Made by a program: the position numbers and the translations under genes
Source: Octopus bimaculoides
Taxonomy: Eukaryota
NCBI RefSeq assembly: GCF_001194135.2
Contig: NC_068983.1
Span: 56,110,330-56,160,114 of the forward strand
Length of the DNA: 49,785 bases
Direction of reading: 5' to 3'
Notes under the pieces: model-generated
Told to the model about the DNA's origin: nothing
Databases searched by the model: none
Seen by the model: only the letters and a program-made list of their open reading frames with translations
Part shown: positions 1-11,660 of the stretch, piece by piece
Position numbering within the stretch: the stretch's first letter is position 1
How the letters are laid out: every line of letters starts with the position of its first letter

Positions 1-254
1 CTTTCTTCTTATTTCTGTCATCTCTGAAAAAATAAAATCCTCATCATCGTCATCATTTGTTTGTTGTGGCATCTTTTCTACTGTTGGATTCCCTTCCTAA
101 CACCAACCACTTAACAGAGTGTGCTGGGTGCTTTCTATGGGCCACCAACACTGGCGCGTTTATGTGGTACTGGCATGGGTGCATTAAGAAAGCATCAGCA
201 CAGGTGCATTAAAACAGCACGAGCACAGGTGCTTTTTCAGTGGCACCAGCACCT

Positions 255-490
255 GAAGAACAAGCCAGTACGTGTGGAAACGATTTTACTTACCTTGACG
301 CATCTTATCAAGTACAGCAAATCACCACATCCCCTGGTCCCTTGTTATTTCCTCAGTGAGGCCCAGTGTCTGAAGGACCTTCTCTCACCAGTTCGTTCCA
401 CGTCTTCCTGAGTCTATCCCATCCACAGGCGCCCTCCACAATTAGAGCTCGGCACTTCTTTATGCAGCTGCCCTCATATATGTTGGCTTC
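255..490 (-). mobile_element. RTE-clade LINE 3' remnant
   Basis: Minus frame SCIKKCRALIVEGACGWDRLRKTWNELVRE resembles the RTE C-terminus (G.RGRGRPRKTW). Confidence 0.65.
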
Positions 491-842
491 CATGCCGGTG
501 GCATGTAAACAGCACCATCCGATCGTGGTCGATGCCAGCTCCTCTTGCCCCTTGTGCCGGTGGCACATAAAAAGCACCCACTACTCTCTTGGAGTGGTTG
601 GTGTTAGAAAGGGCATCCAGCTGTAGAAATGCTGCTTGATCAGATTGGGGCCCGGTGCAGCGTCCTGGCTTTCCAGACCCCAGTCAAACCGCCCAACCCA
701 TGCCTGCATGGAAAGCAGATGTTAAACGATGATGATGATGATACATATATATATATATATATATATAATGAAATATAAGGAAAAGAAAAAAATTGTAAGT
801 GTAGACGAACTTTAATTCCATTCAAATCCAAAATGGTACAGA

Positions 843-947
843 ACCAATATATATTCTACAAATTGTTTCAGAGTCTAATTAATTCCAAAGATGAAAAACC
901 CTTCGTGAAATACAAATTAGATTCCTCATCAGGAATTACATATTGGT
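843..947 (-). ncRNA. Minimal type-I hammerhead ribozyme motif, intact core, GUA cleavage triplet
   Basis: Minus strand: accaatatgtaattc CTGATGA ggaatctaatt [34 nt] aattagactct GAAAC aattt GTA gaatatatattggt. Stem I about 14 bp with one bulge; stem II 11 positions (1 G-U, 1 A-C); stem III ACA/TGT. Confidence 0.8.
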
Positions 948-2440
948 ATGAATGATTACGACCAACAAAAATATCCAAAGACCTTTCGTAGCCCAGACGT
1001 GAACAAATAAAATATATACATACACACACGCACTTACATAAAGGAGTGTGTGTCTGTGTGTCTTTGTGTCTGTGTGTCTGTGTGTCTTTGTGTCTGTGTT
1101 TGTCGCCCACCACTGCTTGACAACCAGCATTGGTTTGTTCATGTCCCTGTGACTTAGCAATTCAGTATATGTAACTGATAAAATATTAAATACCTGGTTT
1201 TAAATAATTTTACTGGAGTCAATTCATTCGACTGTAAATCTTTTACTCGTTTCTCATGACTGAAACAGATAAAAGATTAAATAATATTAGTTATTTTTCG
1301 TCACTTGTGAGGTTGAGGTACTTAGCATTAGTTGGGGAATATCCATTTGGCTACTCTAAAATGCAATAAATTCACATATACAAAAAATATCAATTAATAT
1401 TGGAAAAAATACATATATATATTTAATAAGGTGTTTACATTTCTTTTTATATTAGTCTTAATTTTTGTGCTATGTCGTGTTTTTATCCAGTGCCCATGTT
1501 TACAATCAATATACAGAAACATATTCTTTGAACAATCCTAGTTTCATTATANNNNNNNNNNNNNNNNNNNNNNNNNNNNNNNNNNNNNNNNNNNNNNNNN
1601 NNNNNNNNNNNNNNNNNNNNNNNNNNNNNNNNNNNNNNNNNNNNNNNNNNNNNNNNNNNNNNNNNNNNNNNNNNNNNNNNNNNNNNNNNNNNNNNNNNNN
1701 NNNNNNNNNNNNNNNNNNNNNNNNNNNNNNNNNNNNNNNNNNNNNNNNNNNNNNNNNNNNNNNNNNNNNNNNNNNNNNNNNNNNNNNNNNNNNNNNNNNN
1801 NNNNNNNNNNNNNNNNNNNNNNNNNNNNNNNNNNNNNNNNNNNNNNNNNNNNNNNNNNNNNNNNNNNNNNNNNNNNNNNNNNNNNNNNNNNNNNNNNNNN
1901 NNNNNNNNNNNNNNNNNNNNNNNNNNNNNNNNNNNNNNNNNNNNNNNNNNNNNNNNNNNNNNNNNNNNNNNNNNNNNNNNNNNNNNNNNNNNNNNNNNNN
2001 NNNNNNNNNNNNNNNNNNNNNNNNNNNNNNNNNNNNNNNNNNNNNNNNNNNNNNNNNNNNNNNNNNNNNNNNNNNNNNNNNNNNNNNNNNNNNNNNNNNN
2101 NNNNNNNNNNNNNNNNNNNNNNNNNNNNNNNNNNNNNNNNNNNNNNNNNNNNNNNNNNNNNNNNNNNNNNNNNNNNNNNNNNNNNNNNNNNNNNNNNNNN
2201 NNNNNNNNNNNNNNNNNNNNNNNNNNNNNNNNNNNNNNNNNNNNNNNNNNNNNNNNNNNNNNNNNNNNNNNNNNNNNNNNNNNNNNNNNNNNNNNNNNNN
2301 NNNNNNNNNNNNNNNNNNNNNNNNNNNNNNNNNNNNNNNNNNNNNNNNNNNNNNNNNNNNNNNNNNNNNNNNNNNATAAATATAAATAAAACGACAAAAA
2401 ATAAAAGCATATAATAATAATAATAATAATAATAATGATG

Positions 2441-2502
<62 letters not shown>

Positions 2503-2683
2503 TTCTTAATAAGATCTATAATAATATGAGAATCTATTACACTCGATTATCAAGTTCCATCTGCCTGATTTCCTCCAGAGAATGTGTAGTCCAGCCAAAT
2601 TTGATCTATTTGATCTTCAAATACTCCAGAGATGCTGATAAAATGCTGTAATTTCAATAGTCCAGTAAGCTTTTAAGTCACTC

Positions 2684-2772
<89 letters not shown>

Positions 2773-3050
2773 CATCATCATCATCATCATCATTATTATT
2801 ATTATTATCATTATTTTAAGCACCCAGCAACNNNNNNNNNNNNNNNNNNNNNNNNNNNNNNNNNNNNNNNNNNNNNNNNNNNNNNNNNNNNNNNNNNNNN
2901 NNNNNNNNNNNNNNNNNNNNNNNNNNNNNNNNNNNNNNNNNNNNNNNNNNNNNNNNNNNNNNNNNNNNNNNNNNNNNNNNNNNNNNNNNNNNNNNNNNNN
3001 NNNNNNNNNNNNNNNNNNNNNNNNNNNNNNNNNNNNNNNNNNNNNNNNNN

Positions 3051-3108
<58 letters not shown>

Positions 3109-3448
3109 CATCATCATCATCATCATCATTATTATTATTATTATCATTATTTTTATGCATAGTCTCCAAATCTTTTCAAACAGTTTTGGGTTCAAAGTAG
3201 GTTTGTTATTTGTATTATTTTTCTGCCATGCAATGATTTAATCAACAGTTGATTATTAATTTCTGCCTTTTTTTTTTCTGTTTCTTTTCTTCTTTTTTCC
3301 CTCTTTTTTTTTTTGCTTTCTTTCTAAGCTTTTAACATCAAACAAATTGTTTGTTCTTTTTTGTTTTGTTTCTTTTCTACTCATTTTTTTTTTCTTTTTT
3401 CGATAAAATTTTTTTTTTCTCCTCTTTTCATTTCTCTTTCTACTGCAG

Positions 3449-3580
3449 AAGTTTTGCCTTTGGTCGAATTCATGATTGAAGAGGATATTTCTGATGAAGA
3501 GGCTGTACAGATTTTGAATCATGCAATCCCCTTAAAGAAGTCTGAACCTGTAGATAAATGGAAAGCTTCTCTTGAAGGCA
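3449..3580 (+). CDS. IFT122: IFT122 (intraflagellar transport 122, IFT-A) internal coding exon; upstream exons not seen in the window
   Basis: Long pyrimidine tract then ctgcag acceptor. Translates (E)VLPLVEFMIEEDISDEEAVQILNHAIPLKKSEPVDKWKASLEG, matching my recollection of human IFT122 [22 protein letters not shown]. Ends in phase 1 at a GTATCC donor. Confidence 0.9.
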
Positions 3581-3589
3581 GTATCCTTT
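3581..3589 (+). promoter_or_regulatory. U12-type (minor spliceosome) 5' splice site
   Basis: GTATCCTTT directly at the homology-defined exon end; exact match to the RTATCCTTT minor-intron donor consensus. Confidence 0.85.
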
Positions 3590-4028
3590 AGTCTGCACTC
3601 ATTTTAACACTGAGGGTTGATTACAATATTGAAAATATATTAATTACCTCCCTTCTTTCTTTTTTTTACATTGGCATTAAGCATGAATGAAAGAAGATGG
3701 CCTAGTGGTTAGGGTGTTCCATTCGTGATTGCAAGACTGTGGTTTCAATTCTTGCACCAAACTCTTCATTTCATGTTGCACCAGTCCACCCAGTTCTAGA
3801 TGAGTAACTGTGACAGACTGGCATTTTGTTCTGGGGGTAATGTTGGGATCTTGGTCATTAATACATCAGGGAGACCACGTAACTGCCCCTATGAGTCCTA
3901 AGACCTGAGACAGTAGTGTTCAGAGGTTGATGATGATTATGCAGAAAAGAAGTGTAGTCTATTGAATTTATTCCAATATGTTAGAGACCCCTATTTTTAT
4001 TTATCCATCAGTTTTAAAATAAAGTCAA

Positions 4029-4181
4029 GGAGTGGCTGTGTGATAACTCGCTTACCAATCACATGGTTCCGGGTTCATTCCCATTGCATGGCACCTTGGG
4101 AAAGTGTCTTCTACTATAACCTCAGGCTGACCAAAGCCTTGTGAGTGGATTTGGTAGATGGAAACTGAAAGAAGCCCATCG
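4029..4181 (+). mobile_element. SINE family A (tRNA-like head), representative copy
   Basis: Dispersed copies share ...ccaaagccttgtgagtggatttggtagatggaaactgaaagaagcc: 7354-7514(+), 5587-5746(-), 13684-13829(-), 16613-16737(-), 20795-20937(+), 28682-28832(-), 30494-30576(-). Confidence 0.75.
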
Positions 4182-5429
4182 TATATATGTATGTATGTAT
4201 ATATGTATATATATATANNNNNNNNNNNNNNNNNNNNNNNNNNNNNNNNNNNNNNNNNNNNNNNNNNNNNNNNNNNNNNNNNNNNNNNNNNNNNNNNNNN
4301 NNNNNNNNNNNNNNNNNNNNNNNNNNNNNNNNNNNNNNNNNNNNNNNNNNNNNNNNNNNNNNNNNNNNNNNNNNNNNNNNNNNNNNNNNNNNNNNNNNNN
4401 NNNNNNNNNNNNNNNNNNNNNNNNNNNNNNNNNNNNNNNNNNNNNNNNNNNNNNNNNNNNNNNNNNNNNNNNNNNNNNNNNNNNNNNNNNNNNNNNNNNN
4501 NNNNNNNNNNNNNNNNNNNNNNNNNNNNNNNNNNNNNNNNNNNNNNNNNNNNNNNNNNNNNNNNNNNNNNNNNNNNNNNNNNNNNNNNNNNNNNNNNNNN
4601 NNNNNNNNNNNNNNNNNNNNNNNNNNNNNNNNNNNNNNNNNNNNNNNNNNNNNNNNNNNNNNNNNNNNNNNNNNNNNNNNNNNNNNNNNNNNNNNNNNNN
4701 NNNNNNNNNNNNNNNNNNNNNNNNNNNNNNNNNNNNNNNNNNNNNNNNNNNNNNNNNNNNNNNNNNNNNNNNNNNNNNNNNNNNNNNNNNNNNNNNNNNN
4801 NNNNNNNNNNNNNNNNNNNNNNNNNNNNNNNNNNNNNNNNNNNNNNNNNNNNNNNNNNNNNNNNNNNNNNNNNNNNNNNNNNNNNNNNNNNNNNNNNNNN
4901 NNNNNNNNNNNNNNNNNNNNNNNNNNNNNNNNNNNNNNNNNNNNNNNNNNNNNNNNNNNNNNNNNNNNNNNNNNNNNNNNNNNNNNNNNNNNNNNNNNNN
5001 NNNNNNNNNNNNNNNNTCAAATCGTCCAACGCATGCTAGCATGGAAAGCGGACGTTAAACGACGACGATGATGATGATGATGATGATATATACATATGTG
5101 TGTGTATATGTTTGTTCCCCGAACATCACTTGACAACCGATGGTGGTGTGTTTACGTCCCCGTAACTTAGCGGTTCAGCAAAAGTGACTGATATGATAAG
5201 TACTAGGCTTACAAAGAATAAGATAATGTACCTTATTTACATTATTTACATTTGACGAGTATTTGTCCTCATCTTGTTTGTTGTTAACACCGTTTCCTCA
5301 CCTCTTAAATATAGAACTGTATAAGATAATGCTTGATTAATTGAGTAAGCTGAATGCTATAGGGTTAAAGGTATCATGAAGTGCCTGGCTAGAGGCCCAA
5401 CCTTCCAAGCTCTTTTACAAGACTTAGAA

Positions 5430-5557
5430 AGCCTGAAGAACCACTGCAGTAAGTATGTGGATCTGAGAGGGGAATATATTGAATAAAATCATAATTAACT
5501 GATCCTCCTGTATTTTCTTTTACCCAAAGCCAGGAACTTTTTAGTCACCCCCTCATA
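5430..5557 (+). mobile_element. Mariner 3' end remnant
   Basis: KNHCSKYVDLRGEYIE* resembles the mariner C-terminus (CI.L.GEYVE*). Ends CCCCTCA|TA like a mariner TIR plus TA. A related fragment lies near 17670-17730. Confidence 0.6.
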
Positions 5558-6700
5558 TTTATTTTTGGGATGTCTGTGTATATATGACAGGCTTCTTTCA
5601 TTTTCTGTCTCCATATCCACCCACAAGGCTTTGATCAGCCTAGTGAATCATAAAAAAATAATACCTTTCTGAGGTGCCATGCAACGGGACTGAACCTGGA
5701 AATATGTAGAGGAAGCAAACTTCTCACCTCACAGCCACATCTATGCCGTATTGTTTGTTGAATTTAGTTTCATTGCAAACAGTCAGAGAATTCTTTTCTT
5801 TACTGCTGAACACACACTGACTTCATTATCTGTGTTTGACATATAACAATAAGCAATGAGCCGAAAGTACCCCTTTGCTTGGCCATTAAGCATTTAGAGG
5901 ACAGCAAGTTGTTTTCTCCTTAACTACTTGCTTGCATCTAACAACAATGGTACCAGATATATAAGTGGATCCTGGCAGATGGATATCATTTCTGATTGAA
6001 TACAATAACATTCTAATTGAGTTATCATATTCATTGAAGCAGCTCTTTACCATTCACGTTTCTTTGTCGGATCTTTAGAAAAAAATCTGTTTCATTATGT
6101 TATATTGTTCTTACTTTTGTTTTGAAAGGATATAAGCTTGCATATACATCAGTGTGGTGGGTTTTGTTTCTGTATTATGATTTTTTTTTCTTGTTTCTCT
6201 CTAAATATTTGTATCCTACCAATTAATAACGATGCACTTGAGGAGCTTGATGCAATGTTCTTGAAGGAACTGTTAACAGCACTTGATGTAGATTCAAGCT
6301 AATGGGAAGTCTTATATTCAGATTTCATTCCCAATTTACAAAGTGCCTTAATGCATTGCTGTCCTGTTGTGCGCACTCCTAATATGTACGTACACACAAC
6401 ACATGCACACATGCTTACACACAGATGTTCACACATGCATATATGTATTGCACACACTGCACACATATTCGTATTGCACACAGATACATACATGCACATA
6501 CACACACGAGCACACACAAATACATCTGTACACACACACACACTTGCACTCACATATGCACTGCACTGTGCACACATATATGCACACACAGAAACATACA
6601 CATACATACACACATACATACACACGTGCACACACACAAATACACATACGCACTGCACACACGTATGAACACATGATGCACACACACTCACACATATATA

Positions 6701-6897
6701 TACACATGCATACATAAACGCATGCACATAGATACACATGCATACATAAACGCATGCACATAGATACACATGCATACATAAACGCATGCACATNNNNNNN
6801 NNNATAAACGCATGCACATAGATACACATGCATACATAAACGCATGCACATAGATACACATGCATACATAAACGCATGCACATAGATACACATGCAT
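6701..6897. repeat. 32-bp tandem repeat derived from (CA/TA) microsatellite
   Basis: Unit tacacatgcatacataaacgcatgcacataga, about 6 copies, interrupted by a 10-N gap. Confidence 0.85.
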
Positions 6898-9166
6898 CAC
6901 AAACATACTCACACACACACATACATGTGCACACATGTATCTAAGTATGCTTCTGGGTTGTTTTAATGAAGTCTTTTATAAGAGAAACTGTTCTTTCATA
7001 CTTAGAAATCTCAGCTTTAATTTGTTTATAGTATTACTATCATTATTATTATTATCTAAACTCTAGTAAATTCTTATTTAAAATGCAGTGAAATTACACA
7101 AAACACAAAAAAATCATTAGTCGACTTCAGTAATTGTCTTCTGTTCAAAAATCTTTTCAATAATATTGTCATAGGGTGTAAAACCCTGAAATTGCCGAGC
7201 ATGTTCATGGATTTTGCTACCGTTTTTTGCTCTTGAAATGCATTGTCATTGTATCAGTTAATTTGGAAAATAATGGAGAATCTAGTAGAATAACTCTGCC
7301 GTTATTAAAGCTGGTGTTCTGGAAATATAAATTAGCATGAAATTTTGATAGAAGGTGCAGGTGTGGCTGTGTGGTGAGAAGCTTGCTTCTCAACCATATG
7401 GTTCCAGGTTCAGTCCCACTGCATGGTCCCTTCAGCAAGTGACTTCTACTGTAACCTTGGGCCGACCAAAGCCTTGTGAGTGGATTTGGTAGATGGAAAC
7501 TGAAAGGAGCTCACTATATATATATATATATATCATCATCATCATCATTNNNNNNNNNNNNNNNNNNNNNNNNNNNNNNNNNNNNNNNNNNNNNNNNNNN
7601 NNNNNNNNNNNNNNNNNNNNNNNNNNNNNNNNNNNNNNNNNNNNNNNNNNNNNNNNNNNNNNNNNNNNNNNNNNNNNNNNNNNNNNNNNNNNNNNNNNNN
7701 NNNNNNNNNNNNNNNNNNNNNNNNNNNNNNNNNNNNNNNNNNNNNNNNNNNNNNNNNNNNNNNNNNNNNNNNNNNNNNNNNNNNNNNNNNNNNNNNNNNN
7801 NNNNNNNNNNNNNNNNNNNNNNNNNNNNNNNNNNNNNNNNNNNNNNNNNNNNNNNNNNNNNNNNNNNNNNNNNNNNNNNNNNNNNNNNNNNNNNNNNNNN
7901 NNNNNNNNNNNNNNNNNNNNNNNNNNNNNNNNNNNNNNNNNNNNNNNNNNNNNNNNNNNNNNNNNNNNNNNNNNNNNNNNNNNNNNNNNNNNNNNNNNNN
8001 NNNNNNNNNNNNNNNNNNNNNNNNNNNNNNNNNNNNNNNNNNNNNNNNNNNNNNNNNNNNNNNTATATATCAAAAGCAGCAACTGATCATGGCCACTGCC
8101 AGCCCCATCTGGCCCCTGTGCCGGTGGCACGTAAAAAGCACCTACTATACTCTCAGAGTGGTTGGCGTTAAGAAGGGCATCCAGCTGTAGAAACACTGTC
8201 AGATCAGACTTGAGCCTCGTGCAGCCTCCTGGATCCTCAGACCACAGTCGAGCCGTCCAACCCATGCCAGCATGGAAAACGGACGTTAAACGATGATGAT
8301 GATGATGATGATGATGATATCCTTATATTATTTAGCTGGTGTTTTGGAACATAAAATAACATTAAATTTTGATGGAGGATTTTAATTTTGATCACTTTAA
8401 CCCTTTTTCTACCACATTTCTATTGAAATACATTACCTGTGTTTCTATTAATTTTGAAAGCAATGTCCATTACCAACTCTATCACTACCAGCATTATCAT
8501 TGTCATAAGCAACACTATCACTGTCATAACTAACATTATCACCACCATAACCAGACTATCACTACCATTACCAACACTATCACAGTTATTATCTAAATCA
8601 TCACCAACACTACCTCCAAAACTATCACCCCACTACTATCACCCCCACCACTATAATCCCCACCACCGCCATTGTGTTATTGCATTTGATGTCAAATATA
8701 TATTATTGGTAATGAAGTTTTTCTGCGGAATTAACTGCTGTTAGCACAAAATTGAATAAAAAAGGAAATTTAAAGCCAGCTGCTGTAATTTATGTTCTTA
8801 GAAGTTAGGGATGTCATGGTGTTGGAAGCTGAAATAAACCACATTGTTTTACATGACTCTTAACTGGCAGCCAACAAACATTATTTGATTAATAATGTGA
8901 TGCTTCAACTTTGCATTTCCCCCCTATAATCATTGCATGGCGTGTTTTGGTAGCTTTCTCTGTGTTTGCTGCCTCAATGCGTGTCTGTTTTGTATGCATG
9001 TATTTATGTGTGTGTAAATGTTTACAAGTGTGCAGCAGTGTGCTTCACTGTGTTGATGTGTTAGCAGAAATGGCTGAACATTGGAAGAAATGGCTAAGAA
9101 GAGTATTTCGTTGCAATACTAACAAATAGACGGAGTTTCGAGTTCAAATCCTGCCTAGGTTTGCAG

Positions 9167-9560
9167 CAGTGGTTCCCAAACCTTTTTGGGCTGCCGCCCC
9201 CTTGACACCGAGGCCACATTCCTAGTGCCCTCACCCCAACTAACTATCACAAACATAGACCTCTTTCTGAAGTAAATTCAAAGCAACTGCATTTCACAAA
9301 TAAAATTTAACCTAATAAACCCATTATTTTATTGTTTTTACATGAATCACTATGCCATTATTGCCCCACTTTTTATGTGAATCACCACCCCATTATTGCC
9401 CCACTTTTTACAGGAATAGCTACCCCATTATTGCCCCACTTTTTACATGGATCATTACCCCATTATTACCTCACTTTTTACATGAGTCATTACCCCATTA
9501 TCATCCCACTTTTTACATGAGTCACTATCCCATTATTGCCCCACTTTTTACATGAATTGC
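9167..9560 (+). mobile_element. hAT-type MITE left end with an internal 35-bp minisatellite
   Basis: Starts CAGTGGTTCCCAAAC, a hAT/Charlie-like TIR. About 6-7 copies of ccccattattgccccactttttacatgaatcacta run into an N gap. Confidence 0.55.
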
Positions 9561-10763
9561 NNNNNNNNNNNNNNNNNNNNNNNNNNNNNNNNNNNNNNNN
9601 NNNNNNNNNNNNNNNNNNNNNNNNNNNNNNNNNNNNNNNNNNNNNNNNNNNNNNNNNNNNNNNNNNNNNNNNNNNNNNNNNNNNNNNNNNNNNNNNNNNN
9701 NNNNNNNNNNNNNNNNNNNNNNNNNNNNNNNNNNNNNNNNNNNNNNNNNNNNNNNNNNNNNNNNNNNNNNNNNNNNNNNNNNNNNNNNNNNNNNNNNNNN
9801 NNNNNNNNNNNNNNNNNNNNNNNNNNNNNNNNNNNNNNNNNNNNNNNNNNNNNNNNNNNNNNNNNNNNNNNNNNNNNNNNNNNNNNNNNNNNNNNNNNNN
9901 NNNNNNNNNNNNNNNNNNNNNNNNNNNNNNNNNNNNNNNNNNNNNNNNNNNNNNNNNNNNNNNNNNNNNNNNNNNNNNNNNNNNNNNNNNNNNNNNNNNN
10001 NNNNNNNNNNNNNNNNNNNNNNNNNNNNNNNNNNNNNNNNNNNNNNNNNNNNNNNNNNNNNNNNNNNNNNNNNNNNNNNNNNNNNNNNNNNNNNNNNNNN
10101 NNNNNNNNNNNNNNNNNNNNNNNNNNNNNNNNNNNNNNNNNNNNNNNNNNNNNNNNNNNNNNNNNNNNNNNNNNNNNNNNNNNNNNNNNNNNNNNNNNNN
10201 NNNNNNNNNNNNNNNNNNNNNNNNNNNNNNNNNNNNNNNNNNNNNNNNNNNNNNNNNNNNNNNNNNNNNNNNNNNNNNNNNNNNNNNNNNNNNNNNNNGA
10301 TGATGATGATGATGATGATGATAGGGATGAGGATGATGGTAGCAGTGACCGTCATCATTATGGTGGGAGTGGGGTGGGCGATCTTTAGATTATTCTCTTG
10401 AGATGACAGGGGATGCTAAAATGACCACCAGTTGTGTATTGGCTTGAATTAATTCCACTGCATCATGTTATGTATGTGACTTTGTGCCTTACTGGCATCA
10501 TCATCATTATCATCATCATTCTCATCATCATCGTCCTCATCATCATCATCCTCATCATCATCCTGCTCCTGCTCCTCCTTCTCCTCCTGCTCCTCCTGCT
10601 CCTCCTCCTGCTCCTCCTCCTGCTCCTCCTCCTGCTCCTCCTCCCCCTCATCATCATCATCATTATCATCATCTTGATTGTCTCTACTACACTGCCATTA
10701 TCAAAATTCTCATCACAGCTGTTGCTGTCAGCTTAGATTCTGTGCTGAGTTCAATCCAGATTG

Positions 10764-10772
10764 TTCCTTATC
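10764..10772 (+). promoter_or_regulatory. U12-type branch point sequence
   Basis: TTCCTTATC versus consensus TTCCTTAAC. The A at 10770 lies 13 nt before the CAG ending at 10783, and there is no polypyrimidine tract. Confidence 0.7.
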
Positions 10773-10783
10773 AGTCGTACCAG

Positions 10784-10860
10784 ATTCAGAAAGATTAGTT
10801 TTCAACGACACAGATGAAGAGGGCCAAGATCCATTTCTTGGAAGATTATTAAGCATTGAG
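10784..10860 (+). CDS. IFT122: IFT122 coding exon (77 nt)
   Basis: A phase-1 join with the previous exon gives N-SERLVFNDTDEEGQDPFLGRLLSIE (human, recalled: NSSQILRL...DEDPFTAKLSFE). Ends at GAG|gtaaat, phase 0. The 5' boundary was chosen from U12 branch-point spacing and homology; other in-frame AGs exist. Confidence 0.85.
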
Positions 10861-11082
10861 GTAAATTGATTTTATAGCTTTTGTCCTCTTTTTTATTTTT
10901 TGTCTCCTTCATCCTGTTTTAGTTCATTTTTTTAATTTGTTTGTTAAACCTCCCCGTCTCCCTCTTTGGATATGTATTTCTGCCATTTTTTCTTAGCGTC
11001 AACCTTCTTTACCCTGTTTGTTGTTCTTTTACTTCGTCTTTGTGCTTTCTTTATTTCTAGACTATATATATATATATGTTGA

Positions 11083-11117
<35 letters not shown>

Positions 11118-11396
11118 AATATAATATAGGATAAATTCTTTATAAAAATTTATCAAGTAGTCAGCGTGAAAAAACCTCATAATGAAAAAATAACGAGAAA
11201 TTTCGTAATGAAAAGATTCATCGTTTCTTCGTAGATATATTTAAATATATATAAAAAAGGGCATTAACTGTGTATTAATGCCTCACGCTATCGAGGGACT
11301 AAATAAGTAAAAAACTACCAAAAATAAGTAACATATTTACCGAAAGCGAGGGAATGCAGCTTTTCAAAATTTATTCTCTTAAAAACATTTAACTCA

Positions 11397-11475
11397 ACGG
11401 TAGACCACTGGTTTCTCAATCAAATACAGAAAAAACTGTGAAGTAACCTGTATTCTTTTGTTCATCAGTACACGT
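11397..11475 (-). ncRNA. Minimal type-I hammerhead ribozyme motif, intact core, GUC triplet
   Basis: Minus strand: acgtgta CTGATGA a caa aag aatacag [loop] ctgtatt tga ttg a GAAAC C agt G GTC taccgt. Stem I 3+3 bp; stem II 3+7 bp; stem III ACC/GGT. Confidence 0.72.
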
Positions 11476-11660
11476 ATGGTCAAGATATATAAAAATAAAC
11501 AAGAATCAACCTACCACGATGTAGCCATCACAGTAATGATGACTTTTGTTCACATAGATAGATAGATATTTATATAAATAAAGATAAGATCGATATTTAA
11601 ATATCGATTTTATCAAGTGGCCAGCATGGGAATAAAAACCATCAAAGGTAACAATTATTT

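Noticed and set aside
2685-3150. Direct duplication of (TTA)n(ATC)7(ATT)n on both sides of a gap
   Set aside because: Near-identical microsatellite flanks around an N gap are most simply an assembly overlap artefact.
6216-6370. Protein-like frame LPINNDALEELDAMFLKELLTALDVDSS*WEVLYSDFIPNLQSALMHCC
   Set aside because: It has an internal stop, no usable splice sites, no family I recognise, and IFT122 needs no exon here. A tBLASTx search could still reveal a pseudogene or TE origin.
9333-9560. 35-bp repeat array as a CRISPR
   Set aside because: The units are contiguous with no unique spacers, there are no cas genes, and the context is eukaryotic. It is a minisatellite.
11255-11300. 8-bp hairpin GGCATTAA/TTAATGCC as a hammerhead stem II
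   Set aside because: Neither CTGATGA nor GAAAC is present beside it on either strand.
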